NCBI RefSeq assembly: GCF_037042905.1
Contig: NC_087252.1
Location: 5,892,001 to 5,956,000 of the forward strand
Source: Lytechinus pictus
Taxonomy: Eukaryota
Direction of reading: 5' to 3'
DNA length: 64,000 nucleotides
Shown: piece by piece, positions 13,101 to 22,600 of the stretch
Position numbering within the stretch: position 1 is the first letter of the stretch
Layout of the letters: the number at the start of each line of letters is the position of its first letter
Notes under the pieces: generated by a model
Told to the model about the DNA's origin: nothing
Databases searched by the model: none
The model's input: the letters and a program-made list of their open reading frames with translations, nothing else
Translations under genes and position numbers: made by a program

Positions 13101-16100
13101 CCCCCCCCCCCCACCCCCAGCTCAAAAAAAAAGAGGGGGGAAGAGGGGAAAAGGGAGAGAATTAAAAAAGAAAGAGGAAGATGGGAAAAGAAGAGAATAG
13201 AAAAGAGAGTAAGAAGGAGAAAGGAAGAGAAGAAAAAGGGGAAAGGAAAGACAAAGAAAAGAAGGGAGAAGAAAAGGGGAAAGAAGAGGGAAAAAAGAGG
13301 AGGGAAAAGGAAGAGAAGAAAAGAAAGGAGAAAGGAAAAGGAGGAAAAAGAAGAAAAAAAAAGAATATTTAAATAGAAAGGAAGATGGGAAGAAAGATAA
13401 GAAAAAAGAGAGAGAGAGGAAGAGGGGAAAAGAAGAGAAGAAAGAGAGAGAGGGAGGAAGGGGAGAGAGAGAAGAAAAAAGATTAAAAGATAAAAAAGGG
13501 AGAAGGAAAGAAAAGGAAAAAGGGAGAAGTAAAGGGGAAAAGAGAAAAAAAGTGGAAGAGGGAAAAGAAAGAAAAGAAAAGAACGGAGTAAGGAAAAGGG
13601 GGAAAAGAAGAAGAAAAAAGAGAGAGAGTAAGTGGGAAGAGAGGAAAAACGAGAAAAGAGAGAGGGAAAGAAAAGACAGCAAAAAGAGAAGAAAAGGGGG
13701 AAAGAAAAGATGGGGGAAAGAGAAGAAAGGGGGGAAAAGAAGAGGGGGAAAGAAAGAGAAAGGAAGGAAGGGGAATGAGGATAAAAGAAAGAAAAAAAAA
13801 AGAAAAGGAGATGGGAAACGGAAGAGGGAGATGTTGACCTGGACGTCGATTTGATGGCGCCAAAATGACGTTCGAACTATGGGGCGCCGAATTGATGTTC
13901 GATCTAGCGGGGCACCAAATTGATGTTCGAACTAGGGGAGCGCTAATTTGAATTTTGACCATAATGCGACAAATACATGTTTCAGAGAGGGGAGGGAGGG
14001 CAAAGTTATATTTCACATGATGGGGGCGCCAAGTTTATGTTCAACCGAGGGCGCCAAATTGACCTTGAACTTAGAGGGCTTCATGCAAATTCATTTTCGA
14101 CCGGGGACGCAACATTGCCTGTTTATAGTAAAATATATGTCCTGCCAAAATACTTCAATTAATGCGGCTGAATTAAAATATCCCGTTTTTACGATAACAG
14201 AAAAAAAAATGTTTTCGAGTTTTAAGTCTGTTTAGCGAGATAGATACCCTGTTCAGGGTCACAAAAAAGGGTTATTATTAAATTCAGCTCGCGCTACGCG
14301 CTCGCAATATTTGATTAATGAGGTATGCATCCTCTGCTTCAATCCCACATGTAAGTGTTAGTGTTTTTCAAGTCAACATACATAGGTCGATCCAGGGGGC
14401 AAAGATTTTGCCCCCCCCCCCATGGTGGCGCAAAAAGGGGTAAGAAACAGAAAAAAGGAAGAGAAAAGGACAAGCAATTAGAATAGGAATTATACCTTAG
14501 TCCTTCTTAAGTCAGTATATAAATACAGCCAATAGGCTGATATGTAGTTTAAAATATCAAGTTTTGATATCAATATACAAAACATAATTCAGCTCGGACA
14601 TCGATCTTTCATTATTTTGTTTTATTTACCAATTTATGTTTTAAGTGCTCTGGAAAATGTCCGTTTTATGGTTTGAATCAACATTTTGTGCGCTCGCACT
14701 ATATGCCAAGTAGGCCTACGTATTGTCTTTTTATATTTCATATAAGATTCTCTAAATATACCTTTTCAGGTGTCTCGATTGTAAAAAAAAATAATAAAGG
14801 CCTATGAGCTAGCGCTGTGCGCTCGCGTTTTGATTGGTGAGTTATGTATACCTATATATTAATTTTATAACAAACTACTTAAATCCCCCCATTAAAAAAA
14901 ATCCGGATCGCGATTTGCGCTCGCATTATTTGCTAAAAATATATCAACCAATGAATCCTATTCATGATTACAAAAATACCTAAATATCCAGTTTTCAGGC
15001 CTCATGCACTGTCAACAAATTTCACACACTCATTAGGCTTAACAGATTAATAAATATGAAATAAAATTTGTATAAATTCATTTTAACTAAATTGTCCCTT
15101 TTTCAGAAATAAATGTTTAGGAAAAGAAAGAGAAGATAGTCATCATTCTTATATGATGACAAAATGTCCTTAGGCCTAAAATGTCTCGATCCTAGGTCAA
15201 ATAAATAATAAAATATCAGCTCGCGCTTCGCGCTCGCATTATTTATATAGTGCTATCAAATTTCCCTATATACACAGTGCTGTAAACAGTGCTTAAATTG
15301 ACCCTTTTTATATCGGAATTTCAAATATTATTTTCAGCTCGGGCTCTGCGCTCGCATTATTGATTTTTATGATGAAAAATGAAATGTATTCAGATTGCCA
15401 GGATTCTGTCTAACTCTAAAACACGCGCACGCATGTTTTTAGGATACAAAGCTTGATCTTATTCAAAACGTGCTAAAATTATCCAGTTTCGAATCAGAAT
15501 ATCAAAACATGTTCAGCTCGCGCTTCGCGCTCGCATTATTTAATCGTTGAAATATGTATCGTCTTAATGGCTAACTGCAAAACATCCTTAACATGTTCCT
15601 TTTCGACCAGGCCAGAACGAATATTTAACATTTCTGCTCGGCTTCGCGCTCGTGGTAATTATCTAGTTACATACGCTGTTCAGGTTCACAAACATTGCCC
15701 AAAATGTTCAATTTTCAGGACAAAATACATGAAATTTCATTTTTAGATTACATAGGGCTTAAGAGATTATTACACATTTATGTTGCTTATAAAGTAAAGC
15801 TAGGAAATGACTGTTAGGACATGGGTGTTTTGCCCCCCCCCCCAAAAAAAAGAGAGAATCAAGACTAAGAAAAAATAGAGAGAAAATGTAAGGGATTATG
15901 ATGAAATATAATATTATTTTCAAAATATTATGTCAAAATCTATCACAACCTTGTATTTTTGTAATAAAAATGTCAGCATATTTGCTTGCTCGCTTCGCTC
16001 ACTGGCAACTTCTTATTAATTTTATGCGATACACCATATCGAGCCCCCTCGAAATTGTTGGCTCATTACGGCACTGGGACAACCCCTTCAAAGAAACAAA

Positions 16101-19100
16101 AACAAAATCAACTTTGAGCGGCCGATCGGGGAAAATATGGGTGAAAAATGGCCCCTCACCCTAATGGCGGAAGCTGGGTCCGCCCCTGACTTAGGCTTTC
16201 AGGATATAATACATGATAAATCTATAAAAAAAAAAAAAATCAGATCGCGCTTCGCGTTCTCATTATTTATTTAGGCCTTGTGAGATACCTCAATTTGTTT
16301 TTAAGAATGAAATATCAGATTTTCTTTGACGTCTACCCCCCCCCCATTTCATTAATTTTTTTAACTTGGTGCCCTCGCCACCCACCCCCCCCCCCCCGTG
16401 CACCCATGCTGAATAAATACGCCACTGATGAGGAGAATTAGTCGATTGCTTCGAGATTGCATTATTCCCAAGAGGTTATCATTAATATTATTGAAGGGTA
16501 TTCTAACACAACAGTACAGAAACTACAGCTCCCGTTCACAGAATATTCTAGTAGGGCCTACTCTGGTAAAAATTGAACCCCCCCCCAAAAAAAAAAAAAA
16601 AAAAAAAAAAAATCGCTCGTGCTTTGCGCTCCCATTGATATTACATTTTATATTCGTGGATTTTTTTTTCAAGAACACATGAAAAAGTGGTCTTTGGTTT
16701 TTTTTTAAATGTGATTATAAGATAATTCAAAATCCATTTAAGGCACTTTAGTTAGCCTGGCCGGGAGGGAGTGGGCGCCATTTTTCGAAAAGTACACATT
16801 ATGGGCGCCAAAAATCAGGTCAAATTTGCCCCCCCCCCCTCCCTCTCCACGAAATCCTGGATCCGCGCCTGGGTTCTATAACAATAACCCAATTAGGGCA
16901 ATCACCCCCTGACAACTACTTCAAGGAAAATATGATCCCCATATTTTTACCGGCGGGGACTGATACCCCCCCCCCCCGGAAATTTACCCTCCAGATAATT
17001 ACCCCGGATAATTACCCCTAGTATGGAGCCTTGAAAATGCCATTAACGCGACGACATGGCGTGGTACTTTATCTTGCCATGTCTTAATTAATCATTGGCG
17101 GCGGAAGGCAAAACAATTTAGGGGGGTCCACCTGAAATTTGGGATGGACACAGGTAAAAAAAATTGACAAGCAAATCAACTAAAATTTATAGGAAGGACC
17201 ACCAATTTTGAAAAAAATTTGACAAGAAAAAAAGGTTATAAACCAAAATTAGGGGGACAAATAGATTTTAGGGGGGGTCCACCTCAATTTAGGGGGGGAC
17301 GTAGAAAACAAATTGACAAGCAAAAAAAAAGGTTCTCAACTAAAAATCTAGGGGGGACCGTCCCCCCACCTCAAATTTAGGAGGAAAGGTCCCCCCCCCC
17401 CCCGCTTCCGCCGCCTAAGTAATTAATACGCTTATTATTTCGACATAGCGATATATTCTATCTTGTCAAGTCGATATGTCCACATGGCGAGATATGAAGT
17501 GTACAAGTCCCGGCGAGAATCCCGATATATCGCTATGTTGACATGTAACTTATTTAAGTCGACTTGGCAAGATAAAATATCTCGCCATGTTGACATATAA
17601 CTTTTTATAAGTGGACTGACTTGGCAGGATAACGTATCGCGCCATTATTTAGTCGACATGGCAAGATAAAGTATCTCGCCATGTCGTCAAGTCGATGGCT
17701 CCGTATGGCGTCTAGAGGGTAAATTTCCGGGGGGGGGGTAACAGTCCCTGACGATAAAATATGGGGATAATATTTTCCTTGAAGTAGATGTCAGGGGGCG
17801 ATTGTCCTTTGGGTCATCGTTATATAACCCCAATGGACTCGTATCATTGGCCTTTTGACCTCTTGATGGCATTGGATCTCACTATATCCTGACCATAATT
17901 TTACACACACCGCGGGCTATCGGACCCGCGGTCTATCGGACCCGCGGTCTATCGGACCCGCGGACTATCGGACCCGCGGTCTATCGGACCCGCGGTCTAT
18001 CGGACCCGCGGGCTATCGGACCCGCGGTCTATCGGACCCGCGGTCTATCGGGCTGTAACCGTTAAATCAACACCGGAGTTTTTGCAGTGTGTAAGACCTA
18101 TAATAGATATCGCTTTCATTATGCTGATAATGGCGGTAGTCCTGGAAGGAGTGGTGTTGTTTGTGTCCATGGTTATCATTATATCAGATGAAATTAAGTT
18201 ATACATTATTATTAACGAACATTTGGGGATGGAGATGGTGGTTTCGATGGTGAATTGGGGGAATTGTGACGAGTACGATAACAGATGATATAAAGACATT
18301 GGTTCAACCAATGTGATAATGCTGATGGTGAAGATGTTAACTCTGGTCTTAATAAGGTCCTTACAAAGACCAAATGTGCAAGTTCAAATTCTTTTCTTAG
18401 CTTTGTACATTCAGTAAAAGCAATAAAACGATACATTTCTTGTATTTCCTTCCCTTCAGAGATCGCACACAATCAAAGGGCTGAGATCTAACGCTACCTA
18501 TGAGCTAAAGATGTGGGCAAGCAACAAACTTGGTCAGGGAACTATTCTAAGACAGGTGTTTTCAACCGACTCATATGGTGAAGGTGGTAAGTTGTTTTCT
18601 GTTTCTGTTGAGGTAACTATCTTAGGATCTCGGCAAAGCAGCTTTCCGCTGCATCAACGCCAATATAGAATATAACCAATTTTATGAAACGTTTTACGTC
18701 CAGGTTAATCAGTCATAGTGGCTGATCGATATAGACTACAAAAATACCATTGGGCCTTTTTTTTTTTAGTTGAAATAATAGCAGAGCTGTGATTTGGACT
18801 CACAATTTTCCAATGATGAGTCCAAAGCTCTAATTACTAGACCACACGACCCTGTTTAATGACCATTCGTACTCCGCCTTAAATATTGTAAAGGGGAATG
18901 AAGCCTTACTATCAAATTAGTAGCAAATTATATTTGTGAAAACAGAAAAGCCAAATAAAAGATCAATAAACAAATTTCATAATAGGTCACGCGATGTGAT
19001 ATTCATTAGGAGGGTATAAATTGAAAGTGGTTTTGGTGAGAAACCGTGAGAAGGTTCCAATTTCAGTTCTTCTTATTTGTTGAATTAGTACACGTTTATG

Positions 19101-22100
19101 TATTTAAAAAAAAAACCGAAGATGTTTTTTGACAGTTTTGATTAGACCCATATATTTTTTTTTTGATGGGGGATTATTTCGCTTTTTTTCTGAAAAGCAA
19201 AATGTTCTCCTTAATTTGAACTCCTATAGGTTAGAGAACTATTGAAGGTTTTTCATTGATACTTTTCTCCAATCAAGAACAGGATGTGCCTAATTAGTGT
19301 GACAAATTTGAAGTTAATCTAATGACCCCTTCTAGGATAATTAGAACGAGTTATAATCCTCCTTTTGTCACCTTGCATAACAGTGTGAGGGAAATGTGTG
19401 CTCTCATAGAATAGAGTCGGGTTCCGCCAATCTGACCCTAGAGTAAACGTATTCAGTTAAGGATAACATGTAACAGGATAACACCAAGCTATTATTATTT
19501 CACTTTTTATGTATTTTTTTGCCCAGGATTAGGTAACATGTTCAGCGGTCTGTCCGAGGATAACTAAGATCGATTATTACATCGTATCATTTCATTCTAC
19601 CTTTTTTCCGTCCAGGTCTCGGTAACATTTTAAGTGGTCTTTCCGATGATAATCTAAGATTGGTACACATCGGTGTAGAGGCTCAGTTTGTAGAGCCTCC
19701 GCCTCACAACCGGGAGGTCGGGAGTTCAAGCAAGGTCAATATGACGCTTCTCAGTGGCTGCCGGGGCCACGATTGATTGGGGAAAATATAATTACGGAGA
19801 ATTTCTGTTTCTGATTTTTATTTCGAACTTTTTCTGTAAGGCCTCAGTAACATTTTCAGCGGTCTGTCCGTGGTTAGCCTAAAATTGATATACATCGTAT
19901 CATTTCATTCTATTTCTTCGTTCAGGTCTCAGAAATTTTTTTTGCGGTCTGTCCGAGGATAATCTAAAATTGATATACATCGTATCATTTCATTCAACTT
20001 GTTTCGTCCTTGGGCCCGTTTTATATAAACATCTTTTTTTTTTCCTCAAAATCCATATTTTATTGTTCGAAATAGACACCAGAAATGAAATACTCTGAAA
20101 ATTTGTTTTTCCCCGTGGGCCTGGCAGCCGCTGTGCAGCGCCAGATCGACAAGGCTCTATCCCTTTAATTGTTGAACGCCAAACAGGGTAGCAGCAACTC
20201 CCATCCTTTAACGTCTTTTGATCTGACGCGGCCGGGGTTTGAACCCCGACTTCCCGGTTGTGAGACGGACGCTCTACCAACTGAGCCAACACACCACATA
20301 GGACTTGCAACTGTTGTAACTTTGCCACAGTAACAGCGTTCAGGGGCCAATCATAATCAAGTTTTCCATGGTAGTTGTCACAATAGCACAGTTGCAAGTC
20401 CTTTATGAAACGGGCCCCAGGTCTCGTTAACATTTTTCAGCGGCCTGTCCTAGGATAACCTAAAATTGATATGCCTCGTATTATTTCATTCTCATTTTTT
20501 TCGTTTCAAGTCTCGGTAACATTTTCAGTGGGTCTGTCTGACGACAAACTAAGATTGATATACATCGTATCATTTCATTTAACTTGTTTTCGTCAAAGTC
20601 TCAGTAACATTTTCAGTGGTCTATCCGAAGATAATATAAAATTGATATATATATCGGTGTATTGAGTCAGTTGTAGAGCTTCCGCCTCACAACCGCGAGG
20701 TGGGGAGTTCAAACTCCCGCCGTGCAAGACCCCAAAAATGGGAGTTGGTGATAATTCCTGGGCATTCAACGATTTAAGGCATAGATCAACGTCGCGACGT
20801 TGCTCTATGTCTCGTCGATCTGACGCTGCTCAGTGGCTGCCGGGGCCGCTTGATTGGGCAAAGTTAAATTTCGGAGGAATACTATATCTATTTCTGATCT
20901 TTATTTCGATATATTTTTCTTCAAGGCCTCAGTAACAACTTCAGTGATCTGTCCGAGGATAATTTAGAATTGATATAATTATACATCGTAATATTTCATT
21001 CAGCTTTTTTCATCCAGGTCTCAGTAACATTTTCAGCGGTCTGTCCGAGTAATTTAAGATTGATATATATCGTGTCGTTTTATTCTACTTTTTCGGCCAG
21101 GTCTTAGTAACATCTTCAGCGGTCTGTCCGAGGATAATCTAAGATTGATATTCATCGTGTCGTTTTATTCTACTTGTTCGTCTAGGTCTCAGTAACATCT
21201 TCAGCGGTCTGTCCGAGGATAATCTAAGATTGATATTCATCGTGTCGTTTTATTCTACTTTTTCGGCCAGGTCTTAGTAACATCTTCAGCGGTATGTCCG
21301 AGGATAATCTAAGATTGATCTATATCGGAGCGGGTGTGGCTGGTGGTCTGTTTCTTCTCATCCTGGTGGTGGTCTTTGCTATCGCTTGCAAACGTAAACC
21401 AGATCCAGCAGGAATCAGAAGTGAGTCAATTGGCAATGCGGTTCCCAGGGTTACAATTCAATACAAATCTTTCCCAAGTTTTCGCCAGACAGGTTAGAAT
21501 GTTGATGATAACAAGTGACGCATGCAAATGAGTAAACTAAATTTCCACCCATGCCGTCAGTCTATTATAAAAGAGATGATTAGTATGATAGGATGATAAA
21601 ATACCAAGCAGAAAGACAATTCTATGAGGATTTACTGTGCACTGTTGTCCCTATCTGTTACGGGATATTCTCTCCGAAATAAGAAACAAAAAATACCGAT
21701 GAGGTAAGTAAATGCATTACCATGATTACGGGGATAGACATTCTTTCAATCTTCGGAAACGTACTTGTCGGCCCCAATTAGGGTGAACATGACCAACTGC
21801 ATAGTAACTCCAGCTCCAGGAGGGGGGGGGGGGTGTCAACAAACTCGAGCTAAATATAAATGTCAAGAAATATTCGGCATGTTTCTGAAACTCCTTTGTG
21901 ATACTGTATTGGAAACATTATTTTGCTCTTATGTTTATTATCACTCTACTTATAGAACGAGCAGATGGTATAGAGGATGGCGAAGCCCTGGTCGACGGCT
22001 TCCACGAGTCGCCGTCCCACATTAATCCAGCTTACGGTGGATCAGACAATATTACAAGCGAGAATCTTGAACTACAGGATGTGAATCCCTCAGATAGCAA

Positions 22101-22179
22101 CGGAATCACTGATAAAAATGGAAAACCTATCGCCGGTACTTCCGACGCCAATGGAACAGCAAATGACTCTGGTCTATAA
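1018..22179 (+). CDS. Ig-superfamily type I membrane adhesion receptor (>=5 Ig, 1 FN3, TM, NPxY tail); 5' end lies upstream of the window
   Basis: 13 exons joined in frame by GT-AG introns: 1018-1110, 3480-3607, 6169-6346, 6951-7075, 7956-8112, 8962-9124, 9825-9976, 10897-11048, 11489-11606, 12255-12424, 18460-18586, 21271-21420, 21956-22179. Ig motifs (CxxxGxPxPxxxW; DxGxYxC), FN3 (VTLDW...YEY...IKGLRSNATYELKMWASNKLG), TM (LIYIGAGVAGGLFLLILVVVFAIAC), tail ends INPAY...DSGL*. Architecture resembles nephrin/echinoid/NCAM-like proteins; orthology not determinable by eye. Confidence 0.9.
1817..2264. mobile_element. MITE-like element containing a LINE/SINE 3' tail
   Basis: Ends ggggtgttgcaagaaa / tttttgcaatgcccc; related short copy at ~3683-3818; internal agcgcttagagac...gcgctatataaat(tat)n tail at 1928-1992. 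Confidence 0.5.
2316..2479. mobile_element. Palindromic MITE
   Basis: ~57-bp inverted repeats taccttggtcacatttgctctacggcggccgtacggc... / ...gccgtacggccgccgtagaacaaatgtgaccgaggta, flanked by ttta/ttaa. Confidence 0.85.
3480..3607 (+). CDS. Gene 1 exon: N-terminal half of an Ig domain
   Basis: tag|WPLRFVEIPPSVLDMAEGQNISVQCNVTGFPHARILWYKINGS|gtgagt. Confidence 0.85.
6169..6346 (+). CDS. Gene 1 exon: C-terminal half of an Ig domain
   Basis: cag|DSEQIS...LNVSDNGMYRCEATN...LVVH|gtaag. Confidence 0.88.
6951..7075 (+). CDS. Gene 1 exon: N-terminal half of an Ig domain
   Basis: tag|APPRITSVHPAIRTVHVGMEVVFECSATGFPPPKFTWFMNER|gtaagt. Confidence 0.88.
7956..8112 (+). CDS. Gene 1 exon: C-terminal half of an Ig domain
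   Basis: aag|AIPRIG...LTIDRVIEADAGNYTCQAFN...LDVF|gtaagt. Confidence 0.88.
8439..8608. mobile_element. hAT-type MITE
   Basis: TIR cattagcgtaccta / taggtacgccactg; 8-bp TSD gttatata/gttacata. Confidence 0.75.
8962..9124 (+). CDS. Gene 1 exon: N-terminal half of an Ig domain
   Basis: aag|GIYFRERAPPVVAVEEGNSTELVCDVGG...IEWFKNR...|gtaaat, phase 1-2. Confidence 0.8.
9825..9976 (+). CDS. Gene 1 exon: C-terminal half of an Ig domain
   Basis: tag|LPRCKYMIMNNTLTILRVSQRDLGTYVCRAT...VLFA|gtcagt. Confidence 0.85.
10661..10773. mobile_element. Palindromic hAT-type MITE
   Basis: CAG...CTG termini, near-perfect hairpin, exact 8-bp TSD tgcccacc (10653-10660, 10774-10781). Confidence 0.88.
10897..11048 (+). 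CDS. Gene 1 exon: N-terminal half of an Ig domain
   Basis: cag|APVVIYPRL...LTLECKAKGSPPPTVEWLYRG...HRL|gtaaac. Confidence 0.88.
11489..11606 (+). CDS. Gene 1 exon: C-terminal half of an Ig domain
   Basis: tag|ISGGTIKFRRLIARDSGHYLCVASNNITEARQDIRIKVN|gtaagt. Confidence 0.85.
12255..12424 (+). CDS. Gene 1 exon: N-terminal half of FN3 domain
   Basis: tag|SAPPMLNLKLKHSGRSVTLDWNVVGNGGYPVTSFKYEYR...PPNM|gtaggc. Confidence 0.87.
13059..16871. mobile_element. Non-autonomous hAT-like element nested in the foldback arm
   Basis: TIR caggtgcggatcca / tggatccgcgcctg; exact 8-bp TSD ggttctat (13051-13058, 16872-16879). Confidence 0.85.
13120..13832 (+). repeat. Polypurine (GA-rich) low-complexity tract
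   Basis: ~700 bp almost exclusively A/G on the + strand. Confidence 0.95.
17093..17419. mobile_element. hAT-type MITE nested in the foldback centre
   Basis: TIR cattggcggcggaag / cttccgccgcctaag; 8-bp TSD taattaat (17085-17092, 17420-17427). Confidence 0.82.
18460..18586 (+). CDS. Gene 1 exon: C-terminal half of FN3 domain
   Basis: cag|RSHTIKGLRSNATYELKMWASNKLGQGTILRQVFSTDSYGEG|gtaagt. Confidence 0.87.
19672..19827 (+). mobile_element. tRNA-derived SINE, internally deleted
   Basis: Box A-like ggctcagtttg, box B-like gagttcaag; same family as 20656 and 20295. Confidence 0.75.
20011..20418. mobile_element. MITE (gggcccgtttcataaag TIR family) containing a SINE
   Basis: Ends tgggcccgttttata / tttatgaaacgggcccc; inserted between the pyrimidine tract and the AG of array copy 5. 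Confidence 0.7.
20050..20295 (-). mobile_element. tRNA-derived SINE (tRNA-Val-like head)
   Basis: Reverse strand ggtgtgttggctcagttggtagagcgtccgtctcacaaccgggaagtcggggttcaaacccc followed by a non-tRNA body. Confidence 0.85.
20656..20910 (+). mobile_element. tRNA-derived SINE
   Basis: gagtcagttgtagagcttccgcctcacaaccgcgaggtggggagttcaaactc plus body homologous to 20050-20295. Confidence 0.8.
21271..21420 (+). CDS. Gene 1 transmembrane exon
   Basis: cag|GLSNIFSGMSEDNLRLIYIGAGVAGGLFLLILVVVFAIACKRKPDPAGIR|gtgagt, phase 1-1. Confidence 0.88.
21956..22179 (+). CDS. Gene 1 last coding exon (cytoplasmic tail)
   Basis: tag|KRADGIEDGEALVDGFHESPSHINPAYGGSD...NDSGL TAA. Confidence 0.82.
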
Positions 22180-22372
22180 TAATTTATAAAACCTATAAAG
22201 CTATTGACTATACGTGTTGAAAAAAGCACCTAGATAATGATCGGCTGTAAGCTTTTGGAAGAATGGGGGGGGGGGGGGGTAGCGTGTCCGTAGTGAGAAT
22301 TCACTCACCAATGATATGTATTTATAAGTGGGATATTTTGTTCAACTCTGTGCATTCAGATTTTCCGATACC

Positions 22373-22600
22373 GGGCATGATTGCTCAGGGGGTAGAACAC
22401 CCGCCTCATAAACGGGAGGTCGTGGGTTCGATCCCCAACCGAATCATAGGCCTACGCAAGACTAGAAAAAAAATGGGACCTTCTGTCTTCCAGTCAAGCG
22501 TATGCGAATGAGAAAGGGTAATATTAACATGTTGCGTTAATTGAGCAGTCTCCGCTGCGCGAACATCTTACAGCTGAAGTGGCCAACCTGGGTAAATATA
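22373..22600 (+). mobile_element. tRNA-derived SINE in gene 1 3' region
   Basis: ttgctcagggggtagaac...gggttcgatcccc head, diverged body. Confidence 0.7.

Larger units (their letters stand above)
12827..18060. mobile_element. Foldback (TU-like) element with tandem-repeat TIRs
   Basis: Exact 8-bp TSD gttaaatc (12819-12826, 18061-18068); ~9 copies of 16-bp ccgatagaccgcgggt at each end in inverted orientation; inner non-repetitive inverted domain; no transposase ORF. Confidence 0.9.
12626..18089. mobile_element. Host MITE split by a nested insertion
   Basis: Left arm cactgcaaaaactctggtgttgatttaacaccagcccggaatgta; right arm tacattccgggctggtgttaaatc [insertion] aacaccggagtttttgcagtg. Confidence 0.85.
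19500..21330 (+). repeat. 12-copy ~85-bp tandem array of splice acceptor plus 5' end of the TM exon
   Basis: Unit tttcattctactttttcgtccag|gtctcagtaacattttcagcggtctgtccgaggataatctaagattgatatacatcg; exon-like starts at 19527, 19616, 19841, 19926, 20421, ~20510, ~20598, 20926, 21018, 21101, 21186, 21271. Confidence 0.93.

Noticed and set aside
12979..14016. Lys/Arg/Glu-rich and Phe/Leu/Ser-rich ORFs
   Set aside because: Artefacts of the polypurine tract, which lacks stop codons.
14280..16635. CRISPR-like or attC-like array of hairpin motifs
   Set aside because: Motifs are degenerate and irregularly spaced, lie inside a TIR/TSD-bounded element, and no recombinase or cas ORF is present.
20225..20295. 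tRNA-Val gene (also tRNA-like heads at 19672, 20656, 22373, 35948)
   Set aside because: Acceptor stems are imperfect and each continues into a shared non-tRNA body, so they are SINE heads.
19990..20433. 147-aa minus-strand ORF
   Set aside because: It spans MITE and SINE sequence, with no protein-like motifs or splice support.
19500..21330. CRISPR-like repeat/spacer array
   Set aside because: Whole units are homologous with no unique spacers, there are no cas genes, the context is a eukaryotic intron, and the unit is a duplicated exon boundary.
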